DNA of 64,000 nucleotides, taken from Auanema rhodensis (taxonomy: Eukaryota > Animalia > Nematoda). Location of the stretch: positions 1,674,001 to 1,738,000 of the forward strand of contig OZ059900.1 of NCBI GenBank assembly GCA_964057225.1. Reading direction: 5' to 3'. The notes below the pieces were generated by a model. It was not told the origin of the DNA, searched no databases, and saw only the letters and a list, made by a program, of their open reading frames with translations. Both the position numbers and the translations under genes were made by a program. Positions 13,301-28,900 of this stretch are shown here, in pieces. How positions within the stretch are numbered: position 1 is the first letter of the stretch; every line of letters starts with the position of its first letter.

Positions 13301-16300
13301 AGTCTAATTTGGCTAAATCGCTCATATATATGATCAAAAGCATAGTTTTACTGTCTATGATAACAAAAGTCTTCAAATATACACTAATAATGATTAAATC
13401 ACTGATTTTCAGTCAAATAGCATTACTACACTAAGTATGGTCGTTTTTATGCCTTTAACACCATATACTCACCGATTTTTGGTACAAAATCTGTAATACT
13501 TGTAAATTTTGATCATATTTGTTAAGATTCGAGAATCAAACACATAATACACGAAATAAGTCTATTTTTACAAGTTTGCACTGATATTTATTCATTTTGA
13601 TCAAAAAAGGTCGAAAATAGAAAAAATTTTTGAAATTTCCGAGTTTTGAGTCCAATTTGGCTAAATCGCTCATATATAAGATCAAAAGCATAGTTTTATT
13701 GTCTATAACAACAAAAGTCATCAATTAAACGCTAGTGATATTTAAATACTGATTTTCGCTCAAGTAGCATTACTACACTAAGTATGGTCGTTTTCATGCC
13801 TTTAACACCATATACTCACCGATTTTTGGTACAAAATCTGTAATACTTGTAAATTTTGATCATATTCGTTAAGATTTGAGAATCGAACATACAATACACA
13901 AAATCGGTCTATTTTTATGAGCTTGCACTGATATATATTCATTTTGATCAAAAAAGGTCGAAAATAGAATGAATTTTTGAAATTTCCGAGTTTTGAGTCC
14001 AATTGGGCTAAATCGCTCATATATATGATCAAAAGCATAGTTTTACTGTCTATGATAACAAACGTCTTCAAATATACACTAATAATGTGTAAATCACTGA
14101 ATTTCACTCAAATAGCTTTACTACACTAAGTATGGTCGTTTTTATGCCTTTAACACCATATACTCACCGATTTTTGGTACAAAATCTGTAATACTCGTAA
14201 ATTTTGATCATATTTGTTAAGATTCGAGAATCAAACACATAATACACGAAATAAGTCTATTTTTACAAGTTTGCACTGATATTTATTCATTTTGATCAAA
14301 AAAGGTCGAAAATAGAAAGAATTTTTGAAATTTCCGAGTTTTGAGTCCAATTTGGCTAAATCGCTCATATATATGATCAAAAGCATAGTTTTATTGTCTA
14401 TAACAACAAAAGTCATCAATTAAACGCTAGTGATGTTTAAATACTGAATTTCGCTCAAATAGCATTACTACACTAAGTATGGTCGTTTTTATGCCTTTAA
14501 CACCATATACTCACCGATTTTTGGTACAAAATCTGTGATACTCGTAAATTTTGATCATATTCGGTGAGATTCGAGGATCGAACACACAATACACGAAATA
14601 AGTTTATTTTGACGAGTTTGCACTGATATTTATTCATTTTGATCAAAAAAGGTCGAAAATAGAAAGAATTTTTGAAATTTCCGAGTTTTGAGTCTAATTT
14701 GGCTAAATCGCTCATATATATGATCAAAAGCATAGTTTTACTGTCTATGATAACAAAAGTCTTCAAATATACACTAATAATGATTTAATCACTGAATTTC
14801 ACTCAAATAGCATTACTACACTAAGTATGGTCGTTTTTATGCCTTTAACACCATATACTCACCGATTTTTGGTACAAAATCTGTGATACTCGTAAATTCT
14901 GATCATATTTGGTGAGATTCGAGAATCAAACACACAATACACGAAATAAGTTTATTTTTACGAGTTTGCACTGATATTTATTCATTTTGATCAAAAAAGG
15001 TCGAAAATAGAAAGAATTTTTGAAATTTCCGAGTTTTGAGTCTAATTTGGCTAAATCGCTCATATATATGATCAAAAGCATAGTTTTACTGTCTATGATA
15101 ACAAAAGTCTTCAAATATACACTAATAATGTGTAAATCACTGAATTTCACTCAAATAGCATTACTACACTAAGTATGGTCGTTTTTATGCCTTTAACACC
15201 ATATACTCACCGATTTTTGGTACAAAATCTGTGATACTCGTAAATTTTGATCATATTCGGTGAGATTCGAGAATCAAACACACAATACACGAAATAAGTT
15301 TATTTTTACGAGTTTGCACTGATATTTATTCATTTTGATCAAAAAAGGTCGAAAATAGAAAGAATTTTTGAAATTTCCGAGTTTTGAGTCTAATTTGGCT
15401 AAATCGCTCATATATATGATCAAAAGCATAGTTTTATTGTCTATGACAACAAAAGTCATCAATTAAACGCTAGTGATGTTTAAATACTGAATTTCGCTCA
15501 AATAGCATTACTACACTAAGTATGGTCGTTTTTATGCCTTTAACACCATATACTCACCGATTTTTGGTACAAAATCTGTAATACTCGTAAATTTTGATCA
15601 TATTCGTTAAGATTTGAGAATCAAACATACAATACACAAAATCAGTCTATTTTTATGAGCTTGCACTGATATATATTCATTTTGATCAAAAAAGGTCGAA
15701 AATAGAAAGAATTTTTGAAATTTACGAGTTTTGAGTCTAATTTGGCTAAATCGCTCATATATATGATCAGAAGCATAGTTTTATTGTCTATGACAACGAA
15801 AGTCATTAATTAAACACTAATGATGTTTAAATCACTAAATTTCGCTCAAATAGCATTACTACACTAAGTATGGTCGTTTTTATGCCTTTAACACCATATA
15901 CTCACCGATTTTTGGTACAAAATCTGTGATACTCGTAAATTTTGATCATATTCGTTAAGATTCGAAAATCAAACACACAATACACGAAATAAGTTTATTT
16001 TTACAAGTTTGCACTGATATTTATTCATTTTGATCAAAAAAGGTCGAAAATAGAAAGAATTTTTGAAATTTCCGAGTTTTGAGTCTAATTTGGCTAAATC
16101 GCTCATATATATGATCAAAAGCATAGTTTTACTGTCTATGATAACAAAAGTCTTCAAATATACACTAATAATGATTAAATCACTGAATTTCACTCAAATA
16201 GCATTACTACACTAAGTATGGTCGTTTTTATGCCTTTAACACCATATACTCACCGATTTTTGGTACAAAATCTGTAATACTCGTAAATTTTGATCATATT

Positions 16301-19300
16301 CGGTGAGATTCGAGAATCAAACACACAATACACGAAATAAGTTTATTTTGACGAGTTTGCACTGATATTTATTCATTTTGATCAAAAAAGGTCGAAAATA
16401 GAAAGAATTTTTGAATTTTCCGAGTTTTGAGTCCAATTGGGCTAAATCGCTCATATATATGATCAAAAGCATAGTTTTACTGTCTATGATAACAAAAGTC
16501 TTCAAATATACACTAATGATGTGTAAATCACTGAATTTCACTCAAATAGCTTTACTACACTAAGTATGGTCGTTTTTATGCCTTTAACACCATATACTCA
16601 CCGATTTTTGGTACAAAATCTGTAATACTCGTAAATTTTGATCATATTCGTTAAGATTTGAGAATCAAACATACAATACACAAAATCAGTCTATTTTTAT
16701 GAGCTTGCACTGATATATATTCATTTTGATCAAAAAAGGTCGAAAATAGAAAGAATTTTTGAAATTTCCGAGTTTTGAGTCTAATTTGGCTAAATCTCTC
16801 ATATATATGATCAAAAGCATAGTTTTACTGTCTATGATAACAAAAGTCTTCAAATATACACTAATAATGTGTAAATCACTGAATTTCACTCAAATAGCTT
16901 TACTACACTAACTATGGTCGTTTTTATGCCTTTAACACCATATACTCAACGATTTTTGGTACAAAATCTGTAATACTCGTAAATTTTGATCATATTCGTT
17001 AAGATTTGAGAATCAAACATACAATACACAAAATCAGTCTATTTTTATGAGCTTGCACTGATATATATTCATTTTGATCAAAAAAGGTCGAAAATAGAAA
17101 GAATTTTTGAAATTTCCGAGTTTTGAGTCTAATTTGGCTAAATCGCTCATATATATGATCAGAAGCATAGTTTTATTGTCTATGACAACAAAAATCATCA
17201 ATTAAACGCTAGTGATGTTTAAATACTGATTTTCGCTCAAATAGCATTACTACACTAAGTATGGTCGTTTTTATGCCTTTAACACCATATACTCACCGAT
17301 TTTTGGTACAAAATCTGTAATACTCGTAAAATTTGATCATATTTGTTAAGATTTGAGAATCAAACACACAATACACAAAATCAGTCTATTTTCATGAGTT
17401 TACACTGATATATATTCATTTTCATCAAAAAAGGTCGAAAATAGAAAGAATTTTTGAAATTTCCGAGTTTTGAGTCTAATTTGGCTAAATCGCTCATATA
17501 CATGATCAGAAGCCTAGTTTTATTGTCTATGACAACAAAAATCATCAATTAAACGCTAGTGATGTTTAAATATTGATTTTCGCTCAAATAGCATTACTAC
17601 ACTAAGTATGGTCGTTTTTATGCCTTTAACACCATATACTCACCGATTTTTGGTACAAAATCTGTAATACTCGTAAATTTTGATCATATTCGTTAAGATT
17701 TGAAAATCAAACACACAATAAACAAAATCAGTCTATTTTTATGAGTTTGCACTGATATATATTCATTTTGATCAAAAAAGGTCGAAAATAGAAAGAATTT
17801 TTGAATTTTCCGAGTTTTGAGTCCAATTGGGCTAAATCGCTCATATATATGATCAAAAGCATAGTTTTACTGTCTATGATAACAAAAGTCTTCAAATATA
17901 CACTAATAATGATCAAATCACTGAATTTCACTCAAATAGCATTACTACACTAAGTATGGTCGTTTTTATGCCTTTAACACCATATACTCACCGATTTTTG
18001 GTACAAAATCTGTGATACTCGTAAATTTTGATCATATTCGTTAAGATTTGAGAATCAAACATACAATACACAAAATCAGTCTATTTTTATGAGCTTGCAC
18101 TGATATATATTCATTTTGATCAAAAAAGGTCGAAAATAGAATGAATTTTTGAAATTTCCGAGTTTTGAGTCTAATTTGGCTAAATCGCTCATATATATGA
18201 TCAAAAGCATAGTTTTACTGTCTATGATAACAAAAGTCTTCAAATATACACTAATAATGATTAAATCACTGATTTTCAGTCAAATAGCATTACTACACTA
18301 AGTATGGTCGTTTTTATGCCTTTAACACCATATACTCACCGATTTTTGGTACAAAATCTGTAATACTTGTAAATTTTGATCATATTTGTTAAGATTCGAG
18401 AATCAAACACATAATACACGAAATAAGTCTATTTTTACAAGTTTGCACTGATATTTATTCATTTTGATCAAAAAAGGTCGAAAATAGAAAAAATTTTTGA
18501 AATTTCCGAGTTTTGAGTCCAATTTGGCTAAATCGCTCATATATAAGATCAAAAGCATAGTTTTATTGTCTATAACAACAAAAGTCATCAATTAAACGCT
18601 AGCGATATTTAAATACTGATTTTCGCTCAAGTAGCATTACTACACTAAGTATGGTCGTTTTCATGCCTTTAACACCATATACTCACCGATTTTTGGTACA
18701 AAATCTGTAATACTTGTAAATTTTGATCATATTCGTTAAGATTTGAGAATCGAACATACAATACACAAAATCGGTCTATTTTTATGAGCTTGCACTGATA
18801 TATATTCATTTTGATCAAAAAAGGTCGAAAATAGAATGAATTTTTGAAATTTCCGAGTTTTGAGTCCAATTGGGCTAAATCGCTCATATATATGATCAAA
18901 AGCATAGTTTTACTGTCTATGATAACAAACGTCTTCAAATATACACTAATAATGTGTAAATCACTGAATTTCACTCAAATAGCTTTACTACACTAAGTAT
19001 GGTCGTTTTTATGCCTTTAACACCATATACTCACCGATTTTTGGTACAAAATCTGTAATACTCGTAAATTTTGATCATATTTGTTAAGATTCGAGAATCA
19101 AACACATAATACACGAAATAAGTCTATTTTTACAAGTTTGCACTGATATTTATTCATTTTGATCAAAAAAGGTCGAAAATAGAAAGAATTTTTGAAATTT
19201 CCGAGTTTTGAGTCCAATTTGGCTAAATCGCTCATATATATGATCAAAAGCATAGTTTTATTGTCTATAACAACAAAAGTCATCAATTAAACGCTAGTGA

Positions 19301-19400
19301 TGTTTAAATACTGAATTTCGCTCAAATAGCATTACTACACTAAGTATGGTCGTTTTTATGCCTTTAACACCATATACTCACCGATTTTTGGTACAAAATC
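10370..19400. repeat. Higher-order duplication with a 14-monomer period (4867 bp; 4890 bp across the insertion)
   Basis: Private variants TAAATCTCTC, AACTATGG, CTCAACGAT and AGCCTAG occur at about 11.9-12.7 kb and again 4890 bp later. ORF markers: 11796 to 16686 and 13536 to 18403. Boundaries are approximate. Confidence 0.88.
12933..12972 (+). repeat. Unique 23-bp net insertion: GAGAGTTGGGCTAAATCG x2 separated by AGGA, replacing CCAA
   Basis: The normal monomer reads GAGT-CCAA-TTGGGCTAAATCG-CTC. Here it reads GAGT-GAGAG-TTGGGCTAAATCG-AGGAGAGAG-TTGGGCTAAATCG-CTC. The HOR offset changes from 4890 to 4867 across it. Confidence 0.92.
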
Positions 19401-19929
19401 TGTAATACTCGTAAATTTTGATCATATTCGTTAAGATTTGAGAATCAAACATACAATACACAAAATCAGTCTATTTTTATGAGCTTGCACTGATATATAT
19501 TCATTTTGATCAAAAAAGGTCGAAAATAGAAAGAATTTTTGAAATTTCCGAGTTTTGAGTCTAATTTGGCTAAATCGCTCATATATATGATCAAAAGCAT
19601 AGTTTTATTGTCTATGACAACAAAAGTCATCAATTAAATGCTAGTGATGTTTAAATACTGAATTTCGCTCAAATAGCATTACTACACTAAGTATGGTCGT
19701 TTTTATGCCTTTAACACCATATACTCACCGATTTTTGGTACAAAATCTGTAATACTCGTAAATTTCGATCATATTCGGTGAGATTCGAGAATCAAACACA
19801 CAATACACGAAATAAGTTTATTTTGACGAGTTTGCACTGGTATTTATTCATTTTGATCAAAAAAGGTCGAAAATAGAAAGAATTTTTGAATTTTCCGAGT
19901 TTTGAGTCCAATTGGGCTAAATCGCTCAT

Positions 19930-22900
19930 ATATATGATCAAAAGCATAGTTTTACTGTCTATGATAACAAAAGTCTTCAAATATACACTAATAATGATTA
20001 AATCACTGATTTTCAGTCAAATAGCATTACTACACTAAGTATGGTCGTTTTTATGCCTTTAACACCATATACTCACCGATTTTTGGTACAAAATCTGTAA
20101 TACTTGTAAATTTTGATCATATTTGTTAAGATTCGAGAATCAAACACATAATACACGAAATAAGTCTATTTTTACAAGTTTGCACTGATATTTATTCATT
20201 TTGATCAAAAAAGGTCGAAAATAGAAAAAATTTTTGAAATTTCCGAGTTTTGAGTCCAATTTGGCTAAATCGCTCATATATATGATCAAAAGCATAGTTT
20301 TACTGTCTATGATAACAAAAGTCTTCAAATATACACTAATAATGATCAAATCACTGAATTTCACTCAAATAGCATTACTACACTAAGTATGGTCGTTTTT
20401 ATGCCTTTAACACCATATACTCACCGATTTTTGGTACAAAATCTGTGATACTCGTAAATTTTGATCATATTCGTTAAGATTTGAGAATCAAACATACAAT
20501 ACACAAAATCAGTCTATTTTTATGAGCTTGCACTGATATATATTCATTTTGATCAAAAAAGGTCGAAAATAGAATGAATTTTTGAAATTTCCGAGTTTTG
20601 AGTCTAATTTGGCTAAATCGCTCATATATATGATCAAAAGCATAGTTTTACTGTCTATGATAACAAAAGTCTTCAAATATACACTAATAATGATTAAATC
20701 ACTGATTTTCAGTCAAATAGCATTACTACACTAAGTATGGTCGTTTTTATGCCTTTAACACCATATACTCACCGATTTTTGGTACAAAATCTGTAATACT
20801 TGTAAATTTTGATCATATTTGTTAAGATTCGAGAATCAAACACATAATACACAAAATAAGTCTATTTTTACAAGTTTGCACTGATATTTATTCATTTTGA
20901 TCAAAAAAGGTCGAAAATAGAAAAAATTTTTGAAATTTCCGAGTTTTGAGTCCAATTTGGCTAAATCGCTCATATATAAGATCAAAAGCATAGTTTTATT
21001 GTCTATAACAACAAAAGTCATCAATTAAACGCTAGTGATATTTAAATACTGATTTTCGCTCAAGTAGCATTACTACACTAAGTATGGTCGTTTTCATGCC
21101 TTTAACACCATATACTCACCGATTTTTGGTACAAAATCTGTAATACTTGTAAATTTTGATCATATTCGTTAAGATTTGAGAATCGAACATACAATACACA
21201 AAATCAGTCTATTTTTATGAGCTTGCACTGATATATATTCATTTTGATCAAAAAAGGTCGAAAATAGAAAGAATTTTTGAAATTTCCGAGTTTTGAGTCT
21301 AATTTGGCTAAATCGCTCATATATATGATCAGAAGCATAGTTTTAATGTCTATGACAACAAAAATCATCAATTAAACGCTAGTGATGTTTAAATACTGAT
21401 TTTCGCTCAAATAGCATTACTACACTAAGTATGGTCGTTTTTATGCTTTTAACACCATATACTCACCGATTTTTGGTACAAAATCTGTAATACTCGTAAA
21501 ATTTGATCATATTTGTTAAGATTTGAGAATCAAACACACAATACACAAAATCAGTCTATTTTTATGAGTTTACACTGATATATATTCATTTTCATCAAAA
21601 AAGGTCGAAAATAGAAAGAATTTTTGAATTTTCCGAGTTTTGAGTCGAATTGGGCTAAATCGCTCATATATATGATCAAAAGCATAGTTTTACTGTCTAT
21701 GATAACAAAAGTCTTCAAATATACACTAATAATGATTAAATCACTGAATTTCACTCAAATAGCATTACTACACTAAGTATGGTCGTTTTTATGCCTTTAA
21801 CACCATATACTCACCGATTTTTGGTACAAAATCTGTAATACTTGTAAATTTTGATCATATTTGTTAAGATTTGAGAATCAAACACATAATACACAAAATA
21901 AGTCTATTTTTACAAGTTTGCACTGATATTTATTCATTTTGATCAAAAAAGGTCGAAAATAGAAAGAATTTTTGAAATTTCCGAGTTTTGAGTCCAATTT
22001 GGCTAAATCGCTCATATATATGATCAAAAGCATAGTTTTATTGTCTATAACAACAAAAGTCATCAATTAAACGCTAGTGATGTTTAAATACTGAATTTCG
22101 CTCAAATAGCATTACTACACTAAGTATGGTCGTTTTTATGCCTTTAACACCATATACTCACCGATGTTTGGTACAAAATCTGTAATACTCGTAAATTTTG
22201 ATCATATTCGGTGAGATTCGAGAATCGAACACACAATACACGAAATAAGTCTATTTTTACGAGTTTGCACTGATATTTATTCATTTTGATCAAAAAAGGT
22301 CGAAAATAGAAAGAATTTTTGAAATTTCCGAGTTTTGAGTCTAATTTGGCTAAATCGCTCATATATATGATCAAAAGCATAGTTTTACTGTCTATGATAA
22401 CAAAAATCTTCAAATATACACTAATAATGTGTAAATCACTGAATTTCACTCAAATAGCTTTACTACACTAAGTATGGTCGTTTTTATGCCTTTAACACCA
22501 TATACTCACCGATTTTTGGTACAAAATCTGTAATACTCGTAAATTTTGATCATATTCGTTAAGATTCGAGAATCAAACACACAATACACGAAATAAGTTT
22601 ATTTTGACGAGTTTGCACTGGTATTTATTCATTTTGATCAAAAAAGGTCGAAAATAGAAAGAATTTTTGAATTTTCCGAGTTTTGAGTCCAATTGGGCTA
22701 AATCGCTCATATATATGATCAAAAGCATAGTTTTACTGTCTATGATAACAAACGTCTTCAAATATACACTAATAATGTGTAAATCACTGAATTTCACTCA
22801 AATAGCTTTACTACACTAAGTATGGTCGTTTTTATGCCTTTAACACCATATACTCACCGATTTTTGGTACAAAATCTGTAATACTCGTAAATTTCGATCA

Positions 22901-25900
22901 TATTCGTTAAGATTCGAGAATCAAACACACAATACACGAAATAAGTTTATTTTTACGAATTTGCACTGATATTTATTCATTTTGATCAAAAAAGGTCGAA
23001 AATAGAAAGAATTTTTTAATTTTCCGAGTTTTGAGTCCAATTGGGCTAAATCGCTCATATATATGATCAAAAGCATAGTTTCACTGTCTATGATAACAAA
23101 AGTCTTCAAATATACACTAGTAATGATTAAATCACTGAATTTCACTCAAATAGCATTACTACACTAAGTATGGTCGTTTTTATGCCTTTAACACCATATA
23201 CTCACCGATTTTTGGTACAAAATCTGTAATACTTGTAAATTTTGATCATATTTGTTAAGATTCGAGAATCAAACACATAATACACGAAATAAGTCTATTT
23301 TTACAAGTTTGCACTGATATTTATTCATTTTGATCAAAAAAAGGTCGAAAATAGAAAATTTTTTTGAAATTTCCGAGTTTTGAGTCCAATTTGGCTAAAT
23401 CGCTCATATATATGATCAAAAGCATAGTTTTATTGTCTATGACAACAAAAGTCATCAATTAAATGCTAGTGATGTTTAAATACTGAATTTCGCTCAAATA
23501 GCATTACTACACTAAGTATGGTCGTTTTTATGCCTTTAACACCATATACTCACCGATTTTTGGTACAAAATCTGTAATACTCGTAAATTTTGATCATATT
23601 CGGTGAGATTCGAGAATCAAACACACAATACACGAAATAAGTTTATTTTTACAAGTTTGCACTGATATTTATTCATTTTGATCAAAAAAGGTCGAAAATA
23701 GAAAGAATTTTTGAAATTTCCGAGTTTTGAGTCTAATTTGGCTAAATCGCTCATATATATGATCAAAAGCATAGTTTTACTGTCTATGATAACAAAAGTC
23801 TTCAAATATACACTAATAATGATTAAATCACTGATTTTCAGTCAAATAGCATTACTACACTAAGTATGGTCGTTTTTATGCCTTTAACACCATATACTCA
23901 CCGATTTTTGGTACAAAATCTGTAATACTTGTAAATTTTGATCATATTTGTTAAGATTCGAGAATCAAACACATAATACACGAAATAAGTCTATTTTTAC
24001 AAGTTTGCACTGATATTTATTCATTTTGATCAAAAAAGGTCGAAAATAGAAAAAATTTTTGAAATTTCCGAGTTTTGAGTCCAATTTGGCTAAATCGCTC
24101 ATATATATGATCAAAAGCATAGTTTTACTGTCTATGATAACAAAAGTCTTCAAATATACACTAATAATGATCAAATCACTGAATTTCACTCAAATAGCAT
24201 TACTACACTAAGTATGGTCGTTTTTATGCCTTTAACACCATATACTCACCGATTTTTGGTACAAAATCTGTGATACTCGTAAATTTTGATCATATTCGTT
24301 AAGATTTGAGAATCAAACATACAATACACAAAATCAGTCTATTTTTATGAGCTTGCACTGATATATATTCATTTTGATCAAAAAAGGTCGAAAATAGAAT
24401 GAATTTTTGAAATTTCCGAGTTTTGAGTCTAATTTGGCTAAATCGCTCATATATATGATCAAAAGCATAGTTTTACTGTCTATGATAACAAAAGTCTTCA
24501 AATATACACTAATAATGATTAAATCACTGATTTTCAGTCAAATAGCATTACTACACTAAGTATGGTCGTTTTTATGCCTTTAACACCATATACTCACCGA
24601 TTTTTGGTACAAAATCTGTAATACTTGTAAATTTTGATCATATTTGTTAAGATTCGAGAATCAAACACATAATACACAAAATAAGTCTATTTTTACAAGT
24701 TTGCACTGATATTTATTCATTTTGATCAAAAAAGGTCGAAAATAGAAAAAATTTTTGAAATTTCCGAGTTTTGAGTCCAATTTGGCTAAATCGCTCATAT
24801 ATAAGATCAAAAGCATAGTTTTATTGTCTATAACAACAAAAGTCATCAATTAAACGCTAGTGATATTTAAATACTGATTTTCGCTCAAGTAGCATTACTA
24901 CACTAAGTATGGTCGTTTTCATGCCTTTAACACCATATACTCACCGATTTTTGGTACAAAATCTGTAATACTTGTAAATTTTGATCATATTCGTTAAGAT
25001 TTGAGAATCGAACATACAATACACAAAATCAGTCTATTTTTATGAGCTTGCACTGATATATATTCATTTTGATCAAAAAAGGTCGAAAATAGAAAGAATT
25101 TTTGAAATTTCCGAGTTTTGAGTCTAATTTGGCTAAATCGCTCATATATATGATCAGAAGCATAGTTTTAATGTCTATGACAACAAAAATCATCAATTAA
25201 ACGCTAGTGATGTTTAAATACTGATTTTCGCTCAAATAGCATTACTACACTAAGTATGGTCGTTTTTATGCTTTTAACACCATATACTCACCGATTTTTG
25301 GTACAAAATCTGTAATACTCGTAAAATTTGATCATATTTGTTAAGATTTGAGAATCAAACACACAATACACAAAATCAGTCTATTTTTATGAGTTTACAC
25401 TGATATATATTCATTTTCATCAAAAAAGGTCGAAAATAGAAAGAATTTTTGAATTTTCCGAGTTTTGAGTCGAATTGGGCTAAATCGCTCATATATATGA
25501 TCAAAAGCATAGTTTTACTGTCTATGATAACAAAAGTCTTCAAATATACACTAATAATGATTAAATCACTGAATTTCACTCAAATAGCATTACTACACTA
25601 AGTATGGTCGTTTTTATGCCTTTAACACCATATACTCACCGATTTTTGGTACAAAATCTGTAATACTTGTAAATTTTGATCATATTTGTTAAGATTTGAG
25701 AATCAAACACATAATACACAAAATAAGTCTATTTTTACAAGTTTGCACTGATATTTATTCATTTTGATCAAAAAAGGTCGAAAATAGAAAGAATTTTTGA
25801 AATTTCCGAGTTTTGAGTCCAATTTGGCTAAATCGCTCATATATATGATCAAAAGCATAGTTTTATTGTCTATAACAACAAAAGTCATCAATTAAACGCT

Positions 25901-28900
25901 AGTGATGTTTAAATACTGAATTTCGCTCAAATAGCATTACTACACTAAGTATGGTCGTTTTTATGCCTTTAACACCATATACTCACCGATTTTTGGTACA
26001 AAATCTGTAATACTTGTAAATTTTGATCATATTCGTTAAGATTTGAGAATCGAACATACAATACACAAAATCGGTCTATTTTTATGAGCTTGCACTGATA
26101 TATATTCATTTTGATCAAAAAAGGTCGAAAATAGAATGAATTTTTGAAATTTCCGAGTTTTGAGTCTAATTTGGCTAAATCGCTCATATATATGATCAAA
26201 AGCATAGTTTTACTGTCTATGATAACAAAAGTCTTCAAATATACACTAATAATGATTAAATCACTGATTTTCAGTCAAATAGCATTACTACACTAAGTAT
26301 GGTCGTTTTTATGCCTTTAACACCATATACTCACCGATTTTTGGTACAAAATCTGTAATACTTGTAAATTTTGATCATATTTGTTAAGATTCGAGAATCA
26401 AACACATAATACACGAAATAAGTCTATTTTTACAAGTTTGCACTGATATTTATTCATTTTGATCAAAAAAGGTCGAAAATAGAAAAAATTTTTGAAATTT
26501 CCGAGTTTTGAGTCCAATTTGGCTAAATCGCTCATATATAAGATCAAAAGCATAGTTTTATTGTCTATAACAACAAAAGTCATCAATTAAACGCTAGTGA
26601 TATTTAAATACTGATTTTCGCTCAAGTAGCATTACTACACTAAGTATGGTCGTTTTCATGCCTTTAACACCATATACTCACCGATTTTTGGTACAAAATC
26701 TGTAATACTTGTAAATTTTGATCATATTCGTTAAGATTTGAGAATCGAACATACAATACACAAAATCGGTCTATTTTTATGAGCTTGCACTGATATATAT
26801 TCATTTTGATCAAAAAAGGTCGAAAATAGAAAGAATTTTTGAAATTTCCGAGTTTTGAGTCTAATTTGGCTAAATCGCTCATATATATGATCAGAAGCAT
26901 AGTTTTAATGTCTATGACAACAAAAATCATCAATTAAACGCTAGTGATGTTTAAATACTGATTTTCGCTCAAATAGCATTACTACACTAAGTATGGTCGT
27001 TTTTATGCTTTTAACACCATATACTCACCGATTTTTGGTACAAAATCTGTAATACTCGTAAAATTTGATCATATTTGTTAAGATTTGAGAATCAAACACA
27101 CAATACACAAAATCAGTCTATTTTTATGAGTTTACACTGATATATATTCATTTTCATCAAAAAAGGTCGAAAATAGAAAGAATTTTTGAATTTTCCGAGT
27201 TTTGAGTCGAATTGGGCTAAATCGCTCATATATATGATCAAAAGCATAGTTTTACTGTCTATGATAACAAAAGTCTTCAAATATACACTAATAATGATTA
27301 AATCACTGAATTTCACTCAAATAGCATTACTACACTAAGTATGGTCGTTTTTATGCCTTTAACACCATATACTCACCGATTTTTGGTACAAAATCTGTAA
27401 TACTTGTAAATTTTGATCATATTTGTTAAGATTCGAGAATCAAACACATAATACACAAAATAAGTCTATTTTTACAAGTTTGCACTGATATTTATTCATT
27501 TTGATCAAAAAAGGTCGAAAATAGAAAGAATTTTTGAAATTTCCGAGTTTTGAGTCCAATTTGGCTAAATCGCTCATATATATGATCAAAAGCATAGTTT
27601 TATTGTCTATAACAACAAAAGTCATCAATTAAACGCTAGTGATGTTTAAATACTGAATTTCGCTCAAATAGCATTACTACACTAAGTATGGTCGTTTTTA
27701 TGCCTTTAACACCATATACTCACCGATTTTTGGTACAAAATCTGTAATACTCGTAAATTTTGATCATATTCGTTAAGATTTGAGAATCAAACATACAATA
27801 CACAAAATCAGTCTATTTTTATGAGCTTGCACTGGTATTTATTCATTTTGATCAAAAAAGGTCGAAAATAGAAAGAATTTTTGAATTTTCCGAGTTTTGA
27901 GTCCAATTGGGCTAAATCGCTCATATATATGATCAAAAGCATAGTTTTACTGTCTATGATAACAAAAGTCTTCAAATATACACTAATAATGATTAAATCA
28001 CTGATTTTCAGTCAAATAGCATTACTACACTAAGTATGGTCGTTTTTATGCCTTTAACACCATATACTCACCGATTTTTGGTACAAAATCTGTAATACTT
28101 GTAAATTTTGATCATATTTGTTAAGATTCGAGAATCAAACACATAATACACGAAATAAGTCTATTTTTACAAGTTTGCACTGATATTTATTCATTTTGAT
28201 CAAAAAAGGTCGAAAATAGAAAAAATTTTTGAAATTTCCGAGTTTTGAGTCCAATTTGGCTAAATCGCTCATATATATGATCAAAAGCATAGTTTTACTG
28301 TCTATGATAACAAAAGTCTTCAAATATACACTAATAATGATCAAATCACTGAATTTCACTCAAATAGCATTACTACACTAAGTATGGTCGTTTTTATGCC
28401 TTTAACACCATATACTCACCGATTTTTGGTACAAAATCTGTGATACTCGTAAATTTTGATCATATTCGTTAAGATTTGAGAATCAAACATACAATACACA
28501 AAATCAGTCTATTTTTATGAGCTTGCACTGATATATATTCATTTTGATCAAAAAAGGTCGAAAATAGAATGAATTTTTGAAATTTCCGAGTTTTGAGTCT
28601 AATTTGGCTAAATCGCTCATATATATGATCAAAAGCATAGTTTTACTGTCTATGATAACAAAAGTCTTCAAATATACACTAATAATGATTAAATCACTGA
28701 TTTTCAGTCAAATAGCATTACTACACTAAGTATGGTCGTTTTTATGCCTTTAACACCATATACTCACCGATTTTTGGTACAAAATCTGTAATACTTGTAA
28801 ATTTTGATCATATTTGTTAAGATTCGAGAATCAAACACATAATACACAAAATAAGTCTATTTTTACAAGTTTGCACTGATATTTATTCATTTTGATCAAA